Assembly: GCA_964016885.1 (NCBI GenBank)
Contig: OZ024740.1
Coordinates: forward strand, 208,072,001 to 208,136,000
DNA length: 64,000 nt
Direction: 5' to 3'
Source: Eledone cirrhosa
Taxonomy: Eukaryota
The position numbers were made by a program, and so were the translations under genes. The notes below the pieces were generated by a model that did no database searches, was not told the DNA's origin, and saw only the letters and a program-made list of their open reading frames with translations. This document shows positions 44,130 through 58,453 of the stretch, one piece after another; position 1 is the first letter of the stretch; every line of letters begins with the position of its first letter.

Positions 44130-46807
44130 AGCTAGAAATAAACTTAGATAGGTAGTAGACCAATATTCTAAGAGACAATGCAGACCAGAAATCCAACAAC
44201 TTGGAAGGAAACCTGTAGAAGGCCTACTTAGCCTCAAGCAGCGCACAAGGGATGGTGAGGTAGTGTGTCTAGCCACAGATAAATCTGGTAGGATGTCAAT
44301 AGACAGCGTGCTGAACAATATCAAGGCTATGCAACCCCACATCACCAACACGAGTGAAACAACACAACAAACACATGAGGAGAGAGAGAAGATCCTCAAC
44401 GCTCACATGATGATGTGGACAGACTTCCTAAAGCCAGGCAGACGCACTGCCAACAACTTTCAAGCGTCTAACAACGACATACCACCCTTGTATGGGCTCC
44501 GCAAAGAGCATAAGACAACCGACGACCCGACGACAGGACCACCAACAAGACCTGTATGCGGAGCCAATATTGCTGGTAACTACAGGATCTCCTACTTCCT
44601 CTCAATGGTTATACGCGCCATAATTAAGATGTCCCCGGATATATGTGACAGTACAGAGGACCTTCTCAGCAGAATCAATGAGTGCAACAAGAACAAAAAC
44701 TTAACTAACTGCATAATGGGCAGTATGGACGTGGTATCACTGTACCCATCCATTAACATTGATTTTGCTGTGGAAAAATGTGTGGAAATAATCAGTGAGA
44801 GTGAGGTGGAGTTCTGCGACGTCAACACAGATGAACTGGGCCTCCTACTTAGACTTACCTATGACACCGACTACCTAGATAACTATGACCTTAGCTGTTT
44901 TTGTCCCAGTAGACCCATAAGAGGTAGACCCCCCACCATAACCTCAGTGGCTAAAAAGACTCCCATGGGAAGGTGGATTGGGTGGACCAAAACCATACGG
45001 ACACCCCAAAACAATGATCAGGTGAAAAAAATGGTCGCACATGCAATAGGGGCTAGTATTAAAACTACCCTAAAGGGCCATATGTTTAAATTTAACGAAA
45101 AGATCTACATCCAGAATGAAGGAGCAGTCATTGGCGTCAGCATAGCTGGTGATGTTGCCAATCTATTTATGGTATGGTGGGAAAGCAGACTCAAAGAACT
45201 CCTTGAAGAGAGCTCAATAGACCTCATCATGTACTCTCGTTACGTAGACGATATTAATATAGTAATAAGAACACCCCCCTCAAAAGAGTACTAATAAACA
45301 TTAATTAGAAAGTAACACAATAAAGAGCATCCAGCAGATAGCTAATTCCATACACCAGAGTATAACTGTAACTGTTGACTACCCATCCAAGCACCCTAAC
45401 AATAGATTACCAGTATTAGACACGGAACTCTGGATTAACACTATTGACGAGAGGGCCCAAATTCTCCCCTCTCACAATGCTAAACCCATGGCCTCCAAAT
45501 ACCTGATACTCAAAAACTCAGCAATGTCCAATAGTGCTAAGTTTAATATTCTGATCGCAAACTTGGTACGAGTGATGAAGAACGTGTCCCGCATGTGCGA
45601 CCCAATTGAAATGGAAAGACACATCCAACACTTCATCAACCACAAGCAGTTCAGAGTATACAAAGACCCTCATAGAAATGGACATGAAAGGAATTTGCCC
45701 ATTATACAGGAGCAAATAATGGAATAGCTTAGATAGGATTAAACATAAGATAGGGAAAGCCACCTCATGGTACGACAACCAGAGATACCAGAGTGTCATG
45801 TTCGTGGATGATACCCCTGGGGGAAATTAGCTAACCAATGTAGAAAGGCCCTAAGAAAGACCCACTTAAAGATTAAAGTCGTATAAAAGCCAGGAACTAC
45901 CATAAAATCTCTGATCAGCAAAAAATACCCCTTTAAGAAAACCCACTGTACTAATAAGAAATGTGTTATATGTAAAATGAACTCCCAGATAAACTGTAAA
46001 ACTAGAAATGTAGTCTATAGCATAAGATGTATAGAGGGTACATGCAGAAACATAACAACGACATACATAGGTGAGACAGCTCGAAGCATAGGAGAAAGAA
46101 TAGACCAACACTGGGGGGAACTAAAAGGACAAAAAAAAACGGTTCAGTACTATACGAACACGCCAGACAAAGACATGACGGTAATATAGACAACATAGAA
46201 ATTAAAATAATATCTAAACATAGAAATGACTCAACAGGTAGGCAAATCAGAGAAGCAACTGAGATAGAACTTAGGAAACTAAAGTTAAACAGAAAAAAAA
46301 TGAATGGAATAACAACAACCATACCCAAACAAACAATACTGACTTAAGGGAAATATAAATAAACAAATACACAAGTACAATAACAACAAACACATATAAA
46401 CACACACTAGTAAACAAAGATAGAATACAAAAACGAAAACACATACACTTAAACGCCAACACACACACGCAAACGCATGCGCAGAGACGGAGACAAGAAG
46501 AAATAAATAGATAAATAAATAAATAAAATAAAAATGGCGTAGTCATTACAATACAATAGGAGGAAATATAATAGTACCACTGATAATGTTGCAGATGTGC
46601 AACGAAAGAACTTTGATAGACTATATATATATTTATTTATATCTGTATTTTTACCCGTTGGTCAATCAATGATAAACATTGATTGCCAAATAAATTAACT
46701 GTTGAGATATAAGAGATACAGAAGCGAAAACCAACCAAACAGTGAGTGTGTTTTGTAATTATTTCTGGCAATATCATTACAACAATATGACCCTCCCCAA
46801 GTATAAC
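44130..46807 (+). mobile_element. Penelope-like element (non-Naiad, Neptune/Nematis-like), degenerate
   Basis: TDKSG, PPLYGLRKEHK, RPVCGA, SMDVVSLYPSI, GDVANLFM, RYVDD, LPVLD; GIY-YIG CKTRNVVYSIRC..YIGETARS..ER..QH; pLTR with HHR at 46576-46617 (G8A). Confidence 0.9.
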
Positions 46808-46826
46808 TATATATATATATAAAAAT

Positions 46827-46857
<31 letters not shown>

Positions 46858-47226
46858 GGTTCTGAAGAGATTGTTTTGGTAAAAACAGGAACAAGCAGGA
46901 GAAAGCTCTCAACACTCGTAGTTTGTAATTACAAGGGAGATTCAGTATAATTAAGTAACATTGAGTAAGATGCTGATGTTACATAAATCGTTAATTCATT
47001 ATAATTATTTCAACGGTTCTCCCATGCAATTAGGATGTAATTCATGCATTTGTTGTTGCTATGTGAACGGTATCCTCAGATGAAATTCGATTTTGTGATA
47101 TGCTGCGGGCAGGAAAAACACGTATTTCTGCTCGTGCGCTCGGCACGAACAGAAAGATGAACAAACCTGCCTCAACACGTAATTTTAAATCTTTAATTTT
47201 TAATTCTTTTTAATTGAAATACTCAA

Positions 47227-47271
47227 CATTTGATAAGATGGATTTCACCGATACATCGAAACCGGTTATAC
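47227..47271 (+). ncRNA. Hammerhead-like motif, U3-A8 variant, weak stem I
   Basis: TTGATAA gatg..catc GAAA ccgg TT at; paralog at ~28908-28952 has TTCATAA. Confidence 0.5.
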
Positions 47272-47483
47272 TTTATATACTTTATATACATTATCAAACT
47301 CTTTTTTTAAAAGAATTGTCCCTCTTATTTATTTCGATAATTTCACTTTGACAAATCAAAGAAGAAAAAAAGAGAAACATCCTTAAATATATTTTCCGTG
47401 CTATTTCCAATTCCACCTTTCTCTCACTCCCTCTCTCCCTCTCTTTATCTCTCGCTCTCTCTCTCTCTCTCGCTCTCTCTCTT

Positions 47484-47515
<32 letters not shown>

Positions 47516-48213
47516 ATATATCTACATATATGCACTTTTATGTTAAATCATGGGTTGAAACATGTTTTATTTGGGAACCGTCATTTTGCCAATTTTGCAT
47601 ATAAAAACACACGCGCTATTTGACTTTATCTCCAGCTTTCTTATCATTAGTTATGGAGGTCACAGATGTATGTCGAATGAGTGTTGACAAAATTACCAAC
47701 AATATGTATATACACACACACATATGTTACTTCCAGATTTCTTGCTACAATCAAGACACCAATTTTCTCATATTTCTATTCTTGATTTTTGTGATACTTT
47801 AACTCGGTTTTTCATTTCTTTACTTGCTTCTTTTACATTTTTTCTTATTCTTTATATATTTCTGTATTTATATCGAACAAAACTAATTCCAATATCTGCT
47901 ATAATTTCTATTTCCTTTTCGTAAAAACCTAAAAATATATTCCTGTAAAATTGGTCTATCGGATATTCTTTAACAACCCCACACTATAATATTTTTTCTT
48001 TTTGTCAATTTTCACTATTTTCCTTCAATTTCAAATATTTTAAGATCTAGTGAAATGACTTGAAGTGTTTTTTTTTCTGAACACCCACCCCTCTCCCGGT
48101 GTAATTTCATATACTCTCTCATTTTTTCATCCTTGTTCCGTTAATGTTTGTGTGTGTGGGTATATATATATATATAAATATATATGTTTATATATATATA
48201 TGTGTGTGTTCTA

Positions 48214-48336
<123 letters not shown>

Positions 48337-48350
48337 GTCTATAAATATAT

Positions 48351-48386
<36 letters not shown>

Positions 48387-48420
48387 AGAGAATTACTGCT
48401 ACACATACACACATACACTC

Positions 48421-48502
<82 letters not shown>

Positions 48503-48695
48503 GAGTGTATGTGTGTATGTGTAGCAGTAATTTTTTCTTTTTTTACTCATTTATTTGTTTATTTGTTCTTTCATGTTCTTATATAAAATTGTCTGTCACC
48601 ATTCTAATTGAAAAGAATAGACAGACAGGTAGAAGTTGAAGTTATATACCGTTACATACACAGACACCCATATATATATATGTTTGTGTGTGTGG

Positions 48696-48732
<37 letters not shown>

Positions 48733-48744
48733 GAGAGAGAGAGA

Positions 48745-48815
<71 letters not shown>

Positions 48816-48896
48816 TGTGGTGATGAGACTGAGAAGCCCTCAAATCATAGAAGTGAGTATAGAGATAGGTATAATCCCGACTCCTTGGTGCCGCAG

Positions 48897-49066
<170 letters not shown>

Positions 49067-49264
49067 AAATTGAAATTGAAAGCTCATATTTAATTTGAAC
49101 ACGTTTTAGGTGGAGGTTACAAACTTGGAGAGCAAATATAATTATTAGAAAAGAAGTAATATTAAGTGAAATATCCAATATTTTTTAACGTGTCAAGATC
49201 TATTAAACTAGAGATTTCTCACGAAGTTATAATATAATGTTAAGATCAATTTGTATGTGAATAC

Positions 49265-49352
<88 letters not shown>

Positions 49353-49565
49353 GTTCAATCAAGGGCAACCACAGTAAGTAAGGTACTCAATATATTAGTA
49401 GAGTGTAAACATCATGTTTAATATAGAAATGGCCTCTATGGGACTAGAACTGTTTCATTCAAAAGAAATATTTTGAATGAGACTGTCCTTGTCCTGTAGA
49501 AGCCATTTAAATATATGTATATATATATATATATATATGTATGTATATATATATATATATATATA

Positions 49566-50003
49566 TGGAACGGGTGGACCAGAGCCATACGGACCCCCCC
49601 GAAAACCACGATGAACTAAAGAAAATGATTGCACATGGGGTGGGGGCCAGTATAAAATTAACCCTTAAGGAACATATGTTAAAATTTAATGGAAAAACAT
49701 ATGCCCAAGAGGAAGGAGCAGCCATTGGTGTTAACATTGCAGGTGACATAGCTAACTTATTCATGGTATGGTGGGACAATAGACTTAAACTTAAACTTAA
49801 AGAACAATTAGAAGACAGCAACCTCTTAACCCTGATAATGTACTCCCGCTACGTTGATGATATAAACATCGTAGTAAAAACACCCCACTAGAGAACAGTC
49901 AGGAATTAGAGAAAAACACCATGGAAAGCATCCAGCAAATAGCTAACTCCATCCACCAGAGTATTAGAGTTACTATAGACTACCCAAGCAAACACCCCAA
50001 CCA
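49566..50003 (+). pseudogene. PLE RT fragment related to the 44.1-46.8 kb element
   Basis: GAAIGVNIAGDIANLFMVWWD, MYSRYVDDINIV, IANSIHQSI..DYPSKHPN. Confidence 0.85.
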
Positions 50004-50019
50004 AATTTCGACCTGTTTC

Positions 50020-50610
50020 AAAATATCAGAAAGAGGCACCCAATGAAACATGTGTACCAAAACTAATAGCTTATTTAGTTTCATAAATATCTTAATATAT
50101 ATTCATAAAGTGTAGTGATTTCTAGTAATAACTTAGTAATAACTTTCCATTGAATGGAGTAATCCTCGCTTGTGTCCCTCAAGGACATGGGAATCCGTCT
50201 TGTGGGCTGTGTATTGAAGAAAGAATCAATATCCTAAGAAGCTGCGTAATAGCGCTTGTCTAAATTCAAGATATGAGCTTTTTAAGCGTTGTCCACACGA
50301 CTGGAAACACCTATTACATAATTACAACGCTCCAGACTAACTAACATGAATAATCTATAATATTCTGGACTGAATAACGTGAATAATCTGTTATTATTCT
50401 GAGTATCCAGAGTCATATCCCTCTCATCGATCTAACGAAGATTAGCTCCCCTTTGGGATGCGTATTCGTACAATTGTTGTTTTCCTTTTCCGTGAAACAA
50501 TTGTTCTCGGAAATGGTGAACTAACTTGTTGTGGACTTACTTCTACCAAACTCGTCCCATGGACTGAGTGCTCTACTCCTACGGATATAACCGACCAGTG
50601 TTCTACTATT
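50020..50610 (+). pseudogene. Naiad GIY-YIG C-terminal remnant plus 3' UTR
   Basis: CGLCIEERINI and LNSRYELFKRCPH; decayed HHR (CTAACGA...GAAAcaattgTTctcg). Confidence 0.65.
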
Positions 50611-50620
50611 ATATATATAT

Positions 50621-51720
50621 ATGGGATAACAAATTATCGTTATAAGTAATCCAGTTAGAGGTTGTGAGTACTCTGTATTGTGGATAGTTTTAACGTAAGA
50701 CGTTGTTTGACTCAACCAGAGGTTTCCTTAGTTAGGTGGCGGGAATTCCTATGCAGGTTAATCTTGGAGTAATAATAGTGAAAGAGTGAAGAATAACATG
50801 GTCAACAGTACAAAAAGGGTATTATCTACAGTATTAACAATTGTTTCATTGATTAGGGTGTCTAAAGATTGCTATACACTTGAAGTTGTGTCACTCAATC
50901 TTAAATACAATGTATGCCTAATCAAATCATCTGAATAACTGACAAAAATTACACACGGCGTTTGTAATATACTAGGAGAATTCAAATAACAACATCAATA
51001 ATAAAGACAGAAAAAGAAAAAAGAAAAAAAAAGCGAGATAAAAAGAAAAAGAAAAAATAATAAATAATAATAAGTGAGAATGAAGATGATAAAAAATAAG
51101 TAAAAAAATATATATGTGAAAAAAATGAACATAATATGATTGTTGAAAATAGTGGTGGTGGTGGTGGTGGTTAAAGTTATAGTGGTGTGTAAGTATAAAG
51201 ATGTGATGAGGGTATAAATACTATTAATATGAAAATATTAAATATATACATATGTATTGGTTAAATCACAGAGGGTTATAGTAGGAAGAAATAATATAAT
51301 GATAAATAATATATAAAAGATAAATTAATAAATTAAAAGTTAGGTGAGAGGTGAAGAGAACATGATAGGATATAATGGAAGAGGTGAAATAGTTTTAGGG
51401 ATAGAGAGTGAAAGAAAGAAATGTTATGAGATTATGATGTTGATTTAGTGATTAGTTGGTCTATTTACAGTTAATAATAGTGGGTTATTATAATAGACTC
51501 TAAGTGGTTCCGATTGAGTTATGGGATTGTTGGATCGAATCATGCTGGTTTGAAATGTGCGAATTTAGTAGCTGCTTTGTGCCTACAGAAAATTGACCGT
51601 TCTATTTTGCTGTTGCCATACTTTAAAATATGGAACAACTCCATATTGCATAGTCCGCAGTGGGACATTCCATTTTAGTAGGCCTTTGCTCTCGATAATA
51701 TCGACCAGCTAATTCTGTAT
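50621..51720 (-). mobile_element. 3' end of a Naiad PLE related to 31151-33463
   Basis: NSKIERSIFCRHKAATKFAHFKPA* vs NNKIERSIFCRHRIATKFTRFKPP*; homologous tail; HHR at 50832-50937 with CAGATGA core. Confidence 0.82.
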
Positions 51721-52379
51721 TCTATGTATGTATGTATATATATATATATGCATGCACGTATGTATGTATGTATGCATGTATGTATGCATGTATGTATGTG
51801 TATAGAGATATACTCAACGAGAAAAAAGAGGAGCTCTCTATATAAACATGATAAAAATTTATCATATAAATTATGATAAAAATTTATCATAATTCGTACA
51901 CACGAAATATTATTGCGCAACCTTAGTTTTCATGCTCAAACGAGATTGCATGATCGCAATCACTGTCAGCCTTTCATCAGGCGTCTATTTACAAACTCTC
52001 TGAAAGAGATTTGCCAAAATGTCTCGTGGAAAGCTGCGAGTTTAACAGAAAAATGTTAATAGGTAACCCCGAGTAATATTTACCAGTTCCATAAACTGGA
52101 AAAAAGTGGATAGGTGTGTGGGGAAGAGAAATATAGCTAAGCTGGAGAAGGTAGTTTCTGTGCGCGGTAAAAGTGGGTGCATGTCCTATTGTTCATGAAA
52201 TTGTCAGGGTACTTATTAGTGTGACACTTAGAGAGAGAAGGAGGGAAGGTAATATTAGTTTGAGAGAGGTTATTTATATGTAGAGTAACAATTAATGTGG
52301 GTTTCGTACTTTTAGTTGTGTAGACTCTATGTCAGGGTAGCTGATGAGAGCAGGCAACCCGCTAAAACAAGTATAGCCT

Positions 52380-52540
52380 ATCCGACGGCTTCCACACAGT
52401 TCCAATCATTCCAGTTCCAGATTTGAGTCGACTCAAGACTGTTATAGAAGATACTAGGGCAAAGTGCAGAGCAGTGAGATTGAATAAAGAACATCATTAA
52501 GAAGCGAACCTCTTAACCACACGGCAATGTCTGCAGCCAT
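52380..52540 (-). mobile_element. Degenerate tRNA-derived SINE
   Basis: A-box-like GTGTGGTTAAGAG and decayed B box/CORE-like segment on the minus strand. Confidence 0.5.
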
Positions 52541-52679
52541 TTATGTATTTTTTCATGTTGTCAAATGTGGTTTGGTGGTGATATGCCAATTAATGCCCTG
52601 TAACCTGTGACGTCAAGAGTCGACAACAATCAGTTTTGAATGAGTCAAGGGACATGATTTCAATTATGGATGACTAATG

Positions 52680-54755
52680 TGTGACTATGTGTGTTGGTTT
52701 GTACGTGTGCGCATGTAGGTTTGTGCGTGTGCGTGCGTGTCTATGTTTGTGTGTGTACGTGTGTAGGTTTGTGTGTGTACGTGTGTAGGTTTGTGTGTGT
52801 ACGTGTGTAGGTTTGTGTGCGTGCGTGTCTATGTTTGTGTGTACGTGTGTAGGTTTGTGTGTATGCGTATGCCTGTGTAGGTTTCTGCGAGTGTGTGTGT
52901 AGGTTTGTGTGTGTTTATCTAAATATATGTGTGTAGATAAATATGTCAGTGCGTGTATATAGATTTGTGTGTCTATGTATATAGGCATATATATGTGTGT
53001 ATGTGGATTTGTGTGTGTGGGTGTGTAGTTTTGTGTATGTTGGTCTAGATATATGTGTGTAGACAAATATGTCAGTGTGTATATATAGAGCTGTATAAGT
53101 GTATACAGATCTGTATACGTGTATATATATAGATCTGTATACGTATATATACGTGTATATAGATCTGTATACGTGTATATACGTATATATAGATCTGTAT
53201 ACGTGTATATACGTGTATATAGATCTGTATACGTGTATACGTGTTGATTTGTGTGCGTACGTGTGTAGGTGTATGTGTATGCGTGTGTAGGTTTGTGTGT
53301 GTTTGTCGAGATATATGTGCGTAGGTACATATGCCAATGTTTGTATATATATATTTCTGTGACTATGTGTGTAGGTAGGTATATGTATGTATGTATGTAT
53401 GTGTGTAGATTTAAGTAACTATTTGGGTGTATATGTGTAAGTTTGTGTGAGTGCGTAGATTTATGTGCGTAGAGTTGTATATAGGTTTGTCTGAATGTGT
53501 AAATTAGCGTATGTGCATGTGTGTGTATATGTGTACGTCTATATATGTGTGTATGTGTTTGTAGGTATGTTTGTGTGTATATATATATATGTATCTGTAT
53601 GTTTGTGTGAATGTATGGTTGAATACGTGTGTGTGTAAATATGTGAGTATGTGTGTCTATGTGGTTGTGTGCGTATGTGTGTATATGCGTGTACATATGA
53701 GTGTACGTGTATCTATATGTATGTATGTGTATATATTTGTGTATATACGTGTTTGTCTATATATGTATGTATGCATACTTACATGTGCAAATATATAAGC
53801 ATATCTACATATATTTGTATGCGTGTGTAGATGCGTTTGTCTGCATATGTGTGTATGCATACTTGCATGTGTAAATATATATCTATATGTGTGTGTATGT
53901 GTGTATATGTGTGTACATCTGTGTGTACGTTTATCTGTCTGCGCTTGAGTTTGTACGTATGTATGCATGTGTATACATACTTGCATGTGTAAATGTGTGT
54001 ATGTATATGTATATATATCTGTACGTGCGTGCATGTGTGCATATATGTGTGTCTGTCTATATATGTATGTATGCATACTTACATGTGTAAATATGTGTAT
54101 GTATATCTACATATATTTGTATGTGTGTATATGTGTGTTTGTCTGTATGTGTGTGCATGTGTATATACGTGAGTTTGTCTGTATATGTGTGTAAGCATAC
54201 TTACATGTGTAAATATGTCTATATCTATATGTGTGTGTATGCGTGTATATGTGTGTACATATGTGTATACGTATATCTACATATATCTGTATGTTTGTAT
54301 ATGTGTATTTGTTTATATATGTGTGCATACATACTTACATGTGCAAATATATATATCTCTATGTGTATATGTGTGTATGTGTGTTTGTTTATATGTGTAT
54401 GTATACATACATGTGCAAATACGTGTATCTATATCTACACACACACACATATATATATATATATGTGTGTGTGTGTGCGTGTGTGTGTATGTATGTGTGT
54501 GTCTATATGTGTATGTATATATATATATATACATGTGTAAATGCGTGTATGTATATCTACATATATCTCTAAGTGTATGTACGTGTGTATGTGTGTGTTG
54601 TCTATATGTGTATGTATACATACATGTGCAAATATGTGTATCTATAGCTACATATATCTATATGTGTATGTATGTGTGTTTCTCTATATATGTATGTATA
54701 CATACTTACATGTGTGTGTGTATGTGTATATTTAACTATATATATCTGTGTGTTT
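52680..54755. repeat. Degenerate (TG/TA) microsatellite field with AGATCTGTATACGT minisatellite
   Basis: Five AGATCTGTATACG units at 53108-53233. Confidence 0.88.
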
Positions 54756-55398
54756 CCAGGACTAAAGCTTGTTTTATTATACAAGTTGCCAGTTAATTTA
54801 ATTTATTTGATTTTGATGTTTGCTTTTTATGTATATTTTTTTCAAATTTTTTTAATGCTTTTTTGTTATTGTTGTTGTTGTTGTTTTTTTTCAATATATT
54901 TTTTTTTTCGTTGAAAGACGAACGCTTGTGAAATAAGTTAATAATGGATGGGAAAATGGCGAGAATAAGATTGAGATGGAGAGAATGAGAGAGGGGTGGG
55001 AGTCTGTGTGTCTGTGTGTGTATGTGTGTGTGTGTGTATGTGTGTGTGTATGTGTGTGTGTGTGCGTTGAGGAGGATAGAGAAAGAGATGGGTGTAGAGA
55101 GAAGGGAAATGAGAGATATGGGCAGAGAGATTGAGTGAATCGTGAGGGAGTGGGGGGGGGAGATTGAAGAGAGAGATTGAGAGGACAAAAGTGTGAGTGA
55201 GAAACAGTTAATATTGGATGGGAAAGAAACTAAAAGACAGAAAGACTAAGGCAGAAAGGATACAGAGAAAGAAAGAGATAATGAGGATGAGAGCAATATA
55301 GACAGATAAGGAGAGAGAGGGGGAGAGAAAGCGGGTGAGGAAAGAATAGAGTGACCAAGGCATAGAGATAGACAGACAAAGAGTAGTTGTGTGTGTGT

Positions 55399-55481
<83 letters not shown>

Positions 55482-55780
55482 AAGTGAAAGAAGTAAGGAG
55501 CTGTATTTGTTAGTATAATAAATTCTTTAAACTGAGCCCATGCTGGGGTACTATAACATAAAAACGACACAAATAGAATGAGGAAACAGACAAGTGAACA
55601 CCGTAACATAAAGTAATGTAAATAAAAGGTGAAAATATTTGCACAAAAACGGGAATAAGTCTGTATACAATGAAACTATTTACGTTGAATTGAAAGAAAA
55701 GTGTTAGAATGATACCAAGTTGGAGAACAGATGCGTTCCAAATGGCTACATCTGTGTATGTATATATATATATATATATA

Positions 55781-56135
55781 TATTATAAAATAACAGGAGG
55801 CTGGACTGGTGTAATTCCTTAAAAGGTTTATTATACTATGATAATTTCAATGACCGCGTTCAGTATGAATCCGGTGACATCATCAGGTATTCAAAATTTA
55901 ACAAAGGAAAATAATAGACAAAATCCATGGGGCTGAAAAGCAGAGACATGAGGGCGGCCGAACATTTACCAGCTTCTAGCCCGGTAAGCCTCCCTCGAGT
56001 CTTTGTTAAATTTGTTAAATTTCGAATACCTGATGATGTCACCAGATTCATACTGAACCCGGTCACTGAAATGACCATACTATAATAAACCTTTTAAGGA
56101 ATTACACCAGTCCAGCCTCCTGTTATTTTATAATA
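55781..56135. repeat. Fold-back with a hammerhead in each arm
   Basis: Arms 55781-55905 and 56011-56135; atac CTGATGA..GAAA ttatca TA gtat (55833-55890, minus) and the mirror at 56026-56083 (plus). Confidence 0.82.
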
Positions 56136-56274
56136 ATTAACTCCGTACTCGCACCACCAACAACACAAACGAAGACGGGTGAGTTGCATTACGTAGAGTG
56201 CTCTCCCTAATATTACATCGAGGTTGACCATACGGAATGACCAGTTCTATCCAGTGGTGAACCAACAAACCTAA

Positions 56275-56347
<73 letters not shown>

Positions 56348-56459
56348 AGTGTGTATGTATATACATATATTGACAGTCGATCGACTTTTGACAAATCGGA
56401 CCGAGAAAACAATGTTTCCGTTGGTCTTTCCAATTGTTGCTAATACTCTCTATCCGTCG

Positions 56460-56590
56460 CAACTCCAGGTAGAAGGAACAACGTGAAATAAAGTGTCTTG
56501 CTCAAGGACATAAAGCATCGCCCGGTCCAGGAATCGAACTCACAATCTCAAGATTGCGAATCCAATTCTGTTACCATTCAGCCACGCGTT
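56460..56590 (-). mobile_element. CORE-type tRNA SINE head
   Basis: A box, GAGTTCGATTCC, TGTCCTTGAGCAAGACACTTTATTTCACGTTG. Confidence 0.7.
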
Positions 56591-56658
56591 TTCACTACAC
56601 ACACACCGCACACACACGCACACACACACGCACACACACACAGACACACAGACACACA

Positions 56659-56759
<101 letters not shown>

Positions 56760-56760
56760 G

Positions 56761-56793
<33 letters not shown>

Positions 56794-56954
56794 GGAGAGA
56801 GAGAGAGGGGGATTATAGCAGTTTTAAACTAGTAAGACTATTATTCGGCGGAGTGCTCAATACTTGGGATAGTAGAGTGTATATATAGTAGAAAATCTGG
56901 AATTTGCTGTCGAAATGGCAAGAGCTCAACCATCGTGCCCCAATTCCACTACAG

Positions 56955-56988
<34 letters not shown>

Positions 56989-57001
56989 GTGTGTGTGTGG
57001 A

Positions 57002-57061
<60 letters not shown>

Positions 57062-57064
<3 letters not shown>

Positions 57065-57581
57065 TGGCTGCAAACTCTGCTAATAGTAATGCAATCGCCT
57101 GTCAGATTACAGTAAATGATGCACCTTTAGGCTACGGCCAGCCACACGAATCTATAACAGATCCTGAACAAACAATGCCTGTGCTTTGAAGGTTTTTTTA
57201 AGTGGGGAAAGGCCTTGCACTCGACCAATCCCACTCTCTGAGCATCGAAAACACTATCCGGAAAGGAGACCTGGTCAACATCATTGGATGCTTCCGAAGC
57301 CGCAAGGTTTTTTTCGGTTTCCCTCTCTTAGAAAGGTGCTGTGACAATAACTGGGGGCCTTTCACTCCCAGGTGGGAAAAAAAAGTACTATTTGGATGGC
57401 CATTGAGTCTACTGAGTTCCTCCACCCTTTGCTGGGTCTTGTATTTCACCCCGCAGGTTGTCTAAATATCACCCTCGTGACCAAGCAAGCTTGGTGGGGT
57501 TGCTGGTTTAGTTGCAAATGACCCGACTATGAGGCCGGTTGTACTGGGTTACATGTTACCAGTAGCACTCGAATGTGACCT

Positions 57582-57590
<9 letters not shown>
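57062..57590 (-). mobile_element. Non-autonomous retroelement related to 14883-15386 and 35130-35323
   Basis: Shares GAGTGCTACTGGTAACATGT..CCCAGTACAACC head with 35130-35323; GAGTTTGCAGCCATC tail followed by (AC)n. Confidence 0.55.
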
Positions 57591-57680
<90 letters not shown>

Positions 57681-57920
57681 GATATATATATATATATATA
57701 TATATAATTAAGTTAAAAATGTACATCCACATATGTATACTGAAATACTAGTATGCATATGAATACACACACGTATACATATGTAGATGTACCGAGTTTT
57801 TCACTGGTCACTTTACTGTGAGTGTCCAGCTATTCTGTATGTAAACACACAGACAAACCGGTTTTTAGAGTCATACTGGTTTTTGAGGAAACACCTTTCC
57901 TCTATTCTCCAGAAAGCCAG

Positions 57921-57957
<37 letters not shown>

Positions 57958-57980
57958 AATATATATATATATATGATGTG

Positions 57981-58033
<53 letters not shown>

Positions 58034-58046
58034 ATATATATATATA

Positions 58047-58160
<114 letters not shown>

Positions 58161-58193
58161 ATATATATGTATATATATGTATATATATGTATA

Positions 58194-58276
<83 letters not shown>

Positions 58277-58372
58277 GTATATATATAATAGATGTAATCT
58301 GAGTTTTTCAAATATTAATAATAATATTCGATTCGTTTGCAATTATGCAAACATAGTCTTTTTTTTCGTATA

Positions 58373-58449
<77 letters not shown>

Positions 58450-58453
<4 letters not shown>

